Below, piece after piece: positions 56,345 to 64,000 of a stretch of 64,000 nt of DNA. The DNA comes from an uncultured Actinomycetota bacterium. Lineage in GTDB: Bacteria; Actinomycetota; Actinomycetes; Mycobacteriales; Jatrophihabitantaceae. The position numbers were made by a program, and so were the translations under genes. The DNA lies in the NCBI GenBank assembly GCA_963794885.1, contig CAWCFH010000008.1:169-64168 (forward strand), written 5' to 3'. The notes beneath the pieces were generated by a model that searched no databases, had not been told where the DNA came from, and was given only the letters and a program-made list of their open reading frames with translations. Each line of letters begins with the position of its first letter. Position 1 is the stretch's first letter.

Positions 56345-57739
56345 CTAGCTGGCAAGGGATTCCGGCGCCGCCTCGTCCGGCAGGTCCGGCAGGTCCCACC
56401 AGTACCTGCGCAGCACCGGCACCGGACGGGCTGCCCGACGCGTTGCCGAGCCAGGATGTAGGCACGCACGCGCCGGTCCCAGACCACGACGCGCAGCGAG
56501 CCGAACGAGCTGCACGAGCGATCGGCACGAGCAGGGCGAGCCGCAGGTTGTGCGCCGTCGTACCGCCGAGCAGGTTGACCGCTTCGCCGAAGCCGACCGC
56601 GATGATGACGGTGGCGACGAAACCGCCGACGTTCACCACGCCGGACGCGGTGCCGAGGATGCGCGCGCTGTTGTAGTCGCGGGCGAGCGCGAACGCGGCC
56701 ATCGATGCCGGCCCGCCGAACATCGTGAAGACGAAGAGCGCGGCGATGTACGCGTGCGGCGGCGTGTCGCCGAGAGCGAGCGCGGTGACGAGCCAGCCGA
56801 CGATCGTCACGCCGCAGACGACGAGGGCAAGCGCGCACGCGCATCGCCGGTTGCCGGCCGATGAACCAGCCGAACACCGGGCCGACCGCGCCGAGCACAG
56901 CACGCCGGTCATCAGCACCGCGCCGGCTGCCCGCGAACTGAACCCGGCGCCGTCGACGAGGTACGGCAAGCCCCACAGCACGCCGAACGCGGTCGCGGTG
57001 GACATCGATGCGAAGTGCACCCAGAAGCCCAGCCGGGTGCCCGGCAGCGCCCACGATGCGACCACGCGCCCGGTCACCGTGCGCAGGCCGGGCCGAACCT
57101 CGGTACGCGTTGCGCAGCCGACTCGGCACGGCGGCCCGGTCGTCGAGCAGCGGCCACACCGCGACGGCGGCGACGAGCGACAGCGAGCCGGCGATCGCAA
57201 AGCTCGCCGTCCACCCGAACCGGTCGAGCGACTGCGTCAGCGGCAGCGTCGCGAACACGTTGCCGACCATCCCGATCAGCGAGGTGAGCGCAACCAGCGC
57301 CGGGTAGCGCCGCGCGCTGAACCGCGCCGCGACGAAGCGCAGCACGCTGACGAAGGTCATCGCGTCGCCGCAGCCGAGCAGCGCGCGCGCAGCGAGAGCG
57401 CGACGGGTACGACGGCGCGACTGCGAACAGCAGTTGGCCGAGGCCCATCAGCAGCGAGGCCACCACGAGCAGCCGGCGCGGGCCGTAGCGGTCGACGAGC
57501 ACGCCGGTCGGGATCTGCATCGCGGCGTAGACGCCGATCTGGAGCATGACGAACACGCTGAGCTGCCCGGCGGTGATGCCGAAGCGCTGCTCGGCGAGCA
57601 GTCCGGCCACGCCGAGCGAGCTGCGGTGGAAGACAGCCAGGAAGTAGACGGCGGCGGCAAGCGCCCAGCCGCGGACGGACGGACGTGCGGCGGACGAGCG
57701 CAGGCTGGCCAGTGTCGCCACTGGCGCGAAGCTGGTCAT
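56345..57739 (-). pseudogene. MFS transporter; at least four frame breaks, 3' end uncertain
   Basis: 'AAAVYFLAVFHRSSLGVAGLLAEQRFGI', 'IPTGVLVDRYGPRRLL' and later TM segments in ORFs 56284-57360 and 55782-57200. Confidence 0.65.
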
Positions 57740-57793
57740 CGGTGGACTCGCGATTCTGGTTGATCAGGTGGACGGTCGGCGGGCGCGAAGCGG

Positions 57794-58495
57794 TCAGTGC
57801 CGGCGCAGCTGCTCTTCGGCGCGTTCGAGATGCGCGGTCACGGCGGCCTCGCCGGCGCGGACGGTCCGTGCCGCGATGGCGTCCAGGATCGCCTCGTGCT
57901 CGGCGATGCTGGCCCGCATCCGGGCGACACCGGCGGGATCGACCGCCGCCGGTCCCCTCGTCGAGCAGGTTGACCACGCCCATCCGCAGCTGGCGGTCGC
58001 GCAGCGAGCGGTAGAGCGTGGTCAGGATGTCGTTGCCGGTCGCCGCGACGATCTCGTCATGGAAGTCGCGATCGGCTTCGACGTAGTCGCGCGCGGCGTC
58101 GCGACGCGCAGTCGCGGCACGCATCCGGTCGAGGTGCTGGTCGAGCCGCTCGACCAGTCCCGGGCCGGCGGCGTGCGACCGCCTTGCGGATCGCGAACGT
58201 CTCGATCATGCCGGCGGGTTTCGAGCACGTCGGCGATCTCGTCGGCCGTCACCGGGAGCACGAGCGCGCCGCGCTTGGGCAGCAGCCGGATCAGGCCGTC
58301 GCCCTGCAGCCGCAGCAACGCTTCGCGCACCGGGGTGCGCGAGACACCGACGGCCGCGGCGAGCTCGCCTTCGGTGAGCAGATCGTGCGAGCCGAACCGG
58401 CGCTCGAGGATGCCCGCCTTCGCGTACTCGTAGACGCGGTCGGCGGCGCTGACTGACTGGTCGGAAGCCCAGCGCACCTCAGCGGTATCCATCAT
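57794..58495 (-). pseudogene. GntR-family (FadR/FCD subfamily) transcriptional regulator; about three frame breaks
   Basis: wHTH 'LLTEGELAAAVGVSRTPVREALLRLQGDGLIRLLPKRGA'. FCD part 'DRDFHDEIVAATGNDILTTLYRSLRDRQ'. The tail '..AEHEAILDAIAARTVRAGEAAVTAHLERAEEQLRRH*' is in a further frame. Confidence 0.75.
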
Positions 58496-58564
58496 GTATC
58501 TATGCTAGTGGCATGGTCTCGCCGATTGGATGAACTACCGAGCAAAGCCTCAGCGTCGAGTTCG

Positions 58565-59644
58565 TCACACGACGACGGCGCCGCGCAGCACCATCCGCTG
58601 CGGCTGGTAGATCGCCGCGAGGTCGACCCGCGGGTCGGTGTCGAACACGATCAGGTCGGCCGGCGCGCCCTCGTCCAGTCCGGGCAGCCCGAGCCACTCC
58701 CGCGCGCGCCACGAGGCCTGCGCGATGACCTCGGCCTGCGGAATCCCGGCGCCGACCAAGGCGCGGATCTCGTCCCGAATCAGGCCGTGCGGCAATGAGC
58801 CGCCGGCGTCGGTGCCGGTGTAGATCGGGACGCCCGCATCGAACGCTGACCGGATCCGCTCGCGCGAAGTGGCGAACAGCGACGCGCATGTGCGCGGCGT
58901 AGACCGGGAACTTCTCCGCTCCCGACAACGCGATGGACGGGAAGTTGTCGATGTTGACCAGCGTCGGGACCACCGCGGCCCCACTCGCGGCGGCCGCGGC
59001 GATCAGGTCGTCGGTCAGCCCCGTGCCGTGCTCGATCGAGTCGATGCCGGCGGCGATCAGTCCGGTCAGCGCCTCCTCGCCGAACACGTGCGCCGCGACC
59101 CGAGCGCCGAGCTCGTGCGCCTTGGCCACCGCCTCGGCCAGCACGTCGTCGGGCCATACCGGCGCCAGGTCGCCGACCGATCGGTCGATCCAGTCGGCGG
59201 CCAGCTTCACCCAGCCGTCGCCGCGCGCGGCCTGGGTCGCCACCTCGGCGACCAGCTGGTCCGGCTCGACCTCGACACCGAGGTCGCGGATGTAGCGCTT
59301 CGGGCGGGCGATGTGCCGGCCCGCGCGGATGAGCCGAGGGCAGGTCGTCGCGTCCTGGATGAACGTGTTGTCGACCGGCGAGCCGGCATCGCGCAGCAGC
59401 AGCGCACCGGCCGCCGCGGTCGCAGCAGCGCCTGGCGCTCCTGTCCGACCTCGCTCCGGCACGTGCCCGTCCGGCGCGAGCCCGAGTGGCAGTGCGCGTC
59501 GACGAAGCCGGGCAGGATCCAGCCGCCCGAGGCGATGGTGTCCGACTCCCCCGCCGGCCGGTCGAAGGTGAGCCGGCCGTCGAGGATCCAGGCGTCGCGC
59601 TCGGTCTCGTCGGCAGGAAGATGCCGCGCAGATGCAGCGCTCAT
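58565..59644 (-). pseudogene. metal-dependent amidohydrolase-superfamily protein; about three frame breaks
   Basis: 'ILPGFVDAHCH', 'VAAHVFGEEAL..GIDSIEHG' and 'PIYTGTDAGGSLPHG..ADLIVFDTDP'. The ATG at 59644 overlaps the HIT stop. Confidence 0.75.
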
Positions 59645-60207
59645 GCGCGCGCGCTACCGCGCTCGGCCAGGAGCGGTGCCGCGCGTCGGAGAGCAGTTGG
59701 GGCAGCACCCGGGTGTGCGCCGACGACCGGCATGAAGTTGGTGTCGCCGCCCCAGCGCGGCACGACGTGCTGATGCAGGTGCGCCGCGATGCCGGCGCCG
59801 GCGACCACGCCCTGGTTCATGCCGATGTTGAACCCGTGCGGAGCCATCACATCGCGGATCACGGTCATCGCCGTCTGCGTGAACGCGCCGAACTCCGCCG
59901 TCTCGGTGACGTCGAGTTGGGTGTAGTCGGCGACGTGCCGGTACGGCACCGTCATCAGGTGCCCCGAGTTGTACGGGTACAGGTTCAGGACGGCGTAGAC
60001 GTGCTCGCCGCGCGCGACGATCAGCGCGTCCTCGTCGGATCGCTTCGGCGCCGAGCAGAACGGGCAGTCGTCACCGGCGTCGTCGTGCGCCGGCTTGTTC
60101 TCGCCCTTGATGTAGACCATCCGGTGCGGGGTCCACAGCCGGCCGAACCCGTCCTGTTCACCGGCGAATTCGGACGCCGCCTCGACCGTCGGCAGATCGT
60201 CAGTCAT
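59641..60207 (-). pseudogene. HIT-family protein (Ap4A phosphorylase / GalT-like, Rv2613c-like); short out-of-frame stretch near the 3' end
   Basis: 'NLYPYNSGHLMTVPYRH' and the histidine triad 'AAHLHQHVVPRW'. The expected '..VVGHTRVLPQLLSDAR..' reads in another frame between about 59710 and 59670. Confidence 0.8.
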
Positions 60208-62217
60208 ACAGCTCGGCGTTGGGCGAGGTGTTGACCCGGCGGTCGACGAAATCCTTCATCTCGCCGATCGCCTGGTCGACCGGGATGCCGTTGCGTTGCG
60301 AACCGTCGCGGTAGCGGAACGACACCGCGCCGGCCTCCACATCGGTCGCGCCGGCGATGAGCATGAACGGCACCTTCTGCTTCTGCGCCGTGCGGATCTT
60401 CTTCTGCATCCGGTCGTCGGACCGATCGACCTCGACCCGGAGGCCGACCGCACGCATGCGTCGCCGCGACGTCGTCGAGGTAACGGTCTGGTCGTCGCTG
60501 ACCGGGATCCCGATCGCCTGCACCGGCGAGAGCCAGGCCGGGAACGCGCCCGCGTAGTGCTCGGTGAGCACGCCGATGAACCGCTCGATCGAGCCGAACT
60601 TCGCCGAGTGGATCATGACCGGCTGGTGCCGCTCGCCGTCGGCGGCCTGGTACTCGAGCTCGAAGCGGGCCGGCTGGTTGAAGTCGTACTGGATCGTCGA
60701 CATCTGCCAGGTGCGCCCGATCGCGTCGCGCGCCTGGACGGAGATCTTCGGGCCGTAGTACGCCGCGCCGCCCGGATCGGGAACGAGGTCGAGCCCCGAC
60801 GCCACGGCGGTGTCCTCGAGCACCCTGGTCGCGGTTTCCCACTCCTCGTCCGAGCCGATGAACTTGTCCGGCTTGGAGTCGTCGCGGGTGGACAGCTCGA
60901 GGTAGAAGTCGTCCAGCCCGAAGTCGCGGAACAGGCCGAGGCAGAAGTTCAGCAGGTGGGTGATCTCGGCCGGCGCCTGCTCGGGGGTGCAGTAGCTGTG
61001 CGAGTCGTCCATGGTCAGGCCGCGCACGCGGGTGAGGCCGTGCACGACGCCGGACTTCTCGTAGCGGTACACCGCGCCGAACTCGAACAGCCGCAGCGGC
61101 AGCTCGCGGTACGACCGCCCGCGCGAGCGGTAGATCAGGTTGTGCATCGGGCAGTTCATCGCCTTGAGCCGGTACTCCGACTCCTCGAGCTCCATCGGCG
61201 GGAACATCGTGTCGGCGTAGTACGGCAGGTGTCCGGAGGTGTGGAACAGGCCGTCCTTGCTGATGTGCGGGGTCGCGACGAAGTCGAAGCCCTCGTCGAC
61301 GTGGCGCTGCCGCGACGTAGTCCTCGAGCACCCTGCGCAGGATGCCGCCCTTCGGGTGGAACACCGCCAGGCCCGAACCGAGCTCGTCGGGGAAGCTGAA
61401 CAGGTCGAGTTCGGCGCCGAGCTTGCGGTGGTCGCGCTTGGCGGCTTCCTCGAGCCGGGTCAGGTAGGCCTTCAGATCGTCGCGCGAGGCCCACGCGGTG
61501 CCGTAGATGCGCTGCAACTGCGGGTTCTTCTCGCTGCCGCGCCAGTACGCGGCCGCGCTGCGCATCAGCTTGAACGCCGGGATGCGCCGGGTGGTCGGCA
61601 GGTGCGGGCCGCGGCACAGGTCGGTCCACACCCGCTCGCCGGACTTGGCGTCGAGGTTGTCGTACATCGTCAGCCCGCCGGACGCCGACCTCGGTCGCCT
61701 CCTCGCCGCTGACGTTCGACTTCAGCCCGATCAGTTCCAGCTTGAACTTCTCGTTCGCCAGTTCGGTGCGCGCCTCGTCGTCGTCGATCGGACGGCGCGA
61801 GAAGCGCTGGCCGGCCTTGATGATCTCGCCCATCTTCTTCTCGATCGCGGCGAGGTCGTCCGGGGTGAACGGGCGCGACGGGCAGGAAGTCGTAGTAGAA
61901 GCCGTCCTCGATCGGCGGCCCGATGCCGAGCAGGGTGCCCGGGTACAGGTCCTGCACCGCCTGCGCCATCACGTGCGCGGCCGAGTGCCGCAGCACCGCC
62001 AGGCCGTCCGGCGAGGACGCCGGGACGACCTCGACGTCGGTGTCGGCGTCGGGCGCCCAGGCGAGATCCTTCAGCACGCCGTCCGGGTCGCGCACGACGA
62101 CCGCGCCGTCCGGCCGGTCAGCTCGACACCGGCCTCGCGCAGCGCGTCGCCCGCCGTCGTCCCGGCCGCGACCCGGATGGGCAGGGCTGGGGTGGACGGG
62201 ACGCTGCTGGCAGACAC
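60200..62217 (-). pseudogene. thrS: threonine--tRNA ligase; about six frame breaks as given
   Basis: GAGGAG RBS, then GTG at 62217. TGS domain '[15 protein letters not shown]', '[13 protein letters not shown]', '[13 protein letters not shown]', '[17 protein letters not shown]' and '[26 protein letters not shown]', spread over three frames. Confidence 0.9.
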
Positions 62218-62278
62218 CGGGGCTCCTCTGGCGGGGGGTTGTTGCGGAAAAGAATCGGTCGCCAGGAATGCTAGTGCG

Positions 62279-63419
62279 GTGCGCACGCCGTCCCGACTGC
62301 ATATCGGCCTGGCCGCAGTTCTGACCTGCGCCGCCGTGCTCGCGGGCTGCACCGCGTCCGGACCGGCCGACCACCCGACGGTGCATCACTCGTCGGCCAC
62401 GCCGAGCGCGACGAGGTCGGCAAATCTCAGAAGCCGGGCGGCCCGCCCGACCAGGTGCCGCCGCCGGGCCGCCCGCGCGGGCGGTTCACGCTGGCCTTCG
62501 CCGGTGACGTGCACTTCGCCGGACGGGTCGCCAGCCGGCTGGCGCGCAACCCGCGCACCGTCTTCGCCCAGGCCGCGCCCGGGCTGCGCCGGGCAGATCT
62601 GACGATGGTGAACCTGGAAACCGCGATCACCACCGGCGGCGTGCAGCAGAACAAGGAGTTCACCTTCCGCGCTCCGCCGCGTGCGCTCACCGCGCTGCGC
62701 GATGCGGGCATCGATGTCGCGACGATGGCGAACAACCACGGCGCCGACTACGGCACGCCCGGGCTGCGCGACACGCTTCCGGGCGATCCGCACCGAGCAT
62801 TTCCCGGTGATCGGCATCGGCAAGGACGCCGCGGCAGCGTTCGCGCCGTACACGCACCACGCTCAACGGGGTGAAGCTCGCGATCTTCGCCGCCGACCAG
62901 GTGCAGGACGAGACGACGCTGTCGCTGTTCTCGGCCGGGCCGGGCAAGCCCGGCGTCGCGAACGCCTACCAGTCCGGCGACTGATCAGGCGGTGCGCAAC
63001 GCGAAGCGGGCCGGCTACGTCGTCGTCGTCTACGTGCACTGGGGCATCGAGTTCCAGACCTGCCCGTCCGAGCGATCAGCAGCACGCTGGCCGCGCAACT
63101 GGCGGCCGCCGGGGCCAGGCGGTGATCGGCACGCACGCGCACGTGCTGCAGGGCGCTGGCTGGCTGCACGAACGGCACTACGTCGCGTACGGGCTCGGCA
63201 ACTACTGTGGTGGATGTCGTTCGGCAACAACCAGGACGACAACGGCGTGCTGACCTCGACCTTCACCGCGGCAAGGTCACCGGCGCGCATTTCGCGCCGT
63301 CGCATCTGGACAACCGCGGCGTGCCGGTGCCGGCGACCGGCGCGGAGAAGCGCCGCATCGACGCCGAGTGGGACGCCGACCGGCAGTGCACGACCCTCTC
63401 GCCCCACCCACCGAAGTAG
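62279..63419 (+). pseudogene. CapA-family (PGA_cap metallophosphatase-like) lipoprotein; about six frame breaks
   Basis: Lipobox 'AAVLAGC|TASG'. '[14 protein letters not shown]', 'DLTMVNLETAIT', 'ATMANNHGADYG', 'VVVYVHWGIE', 'VIGTHAHVLQG' and 'VAYGLGNY'. Confidence 0.75.
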
Positions 63420-63427
63420 GAGCCGCG

Positions 63428-63951
63428 ATGTTCGTCTACGAGTACGAGGGCAAGCGTCCGTCCATCGCCGATGACGCGTTCGTCGCGCCGACCGCGACGA
63501 TCATCGGCGACGTGACGATCGAGGCGGGCGCCTCGGTCTGGTACGGCGCGGTCATGCGCGGCGACGACGGGCCGATCGTCATCCGCGAACGGTGCAACGT
63601 GCAGGACGGTCGGTGATCCACACCACGCCGCGGGTCACGACCGAGATCGGCGTCGGCGCGACGGTCGCGCACCAGTGCATCGTGCACGGCGCGGTGCTCG
63701 AGGACGAGGCGCTGGTCGGCAACGGTTGCGTCGTGCTCGACGGCGCGCGCATCGGGGCAGGCTCGCTGGTCGCGGCGCTGTCGCTCGTCCAGCCCGGCGT
63801 GCAGATCCCGCCCGGCATGCTCGCCGCCGGCGTCCCCGCGGTCGTGAAACGACCCATAGCGGGCACGCCGGCAGAGATGTGGGTGAAGCTCAACCCGACC
63901 TACTACCCGGCCCTCGCGCAGAAGCACATCGCCGGAATCCGTCCGATTTGA
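63428..63951 (+). pseudogene. gamma-carbonic-anhydrase-like / hexapeptide-repeat (LbH) protein; one frame break
   Basis: AGGAG RBS. 'PSIADDAFVAPTATIIGDVTIEAGASVWYGAVMRGD' and 'VGATVAHQCIVHGAVLEDEALVGNGCVVLDGARIG'. Switch near 63610. Confidence 0.82.
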
Positions 63952-64000
63952 CCCAGTCGCCGAACGAGCGTCGCCCCTAAGATCGCCGCATGACGAGCTA

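Overview
High-GC actinobacterial chromosomal segment (GC judged by eye, not computed). The centre, about 21-50 kb and all on the minus strand, is the conserved backbone rlmN-cdsA-frr-pyrH-tsf-rpsB / xerC-dprA-comM-yraN / DUF2469-rnhB-lepB-rplS / trmD-rimM-KH-rpsP. From memory this is the same order as Mycobacterium tuberculosis Rv2880c-Rv2909c. To the left lie a partial aminotransferase, a large secreted HExxH metalloprotease, a form-I CO dehydrogenase cluster (coxM-coxS-coxL plus an XdhC-YHS fusion), Lrp-ald, an FAD oxidoreductase, TetR-MFS, an S9 peptidase and a FUSC-type membrane protein. To the right lie a CebR-like LacI / ABC importer / GH1 beta-glucosidase cluster with a perfect palindromic operator, GntR-MFS, amidohydrolase-HIT-thrS, a CapA-family gene and a gamma-carbonic-anhydrase-like gene. 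Small accessory islets interrupt the backbone: a P-loop kinase plus PNPOx-like gene; a hydrolase, acylphosphatase, LAL/LuxR regulator and 46-aa upstream ORF; a DUF222-HNH gene beside xerC; a sulfotransferase and beta-propeller pair; a NUDIX gene; and a lower-GC islet carrying an 892-aa LAxTG-anchored tandem-repeat surface protein. I saw no rRNA, tRNA, CRISPR array, transposase or phage integrase. Major caveat: by manual reading, roughly 70-80 reading-frame breaks are needed to reconstruct obviously conserved genes, including the essential thrS, rpsP, trmD, rimM, lepB and rlmN. They are very unevenly distributed, so many genes are listed as pseudogene 'as given' although most are probably assembly indels. 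No classical novel defence or mobile system is evident. The best leads are the surface-protein islet, the XdhC-YHS/minimal form-I CODH cluster, the small ORF in front of the LAL regulator and the sulfotransferase/propeller pair.
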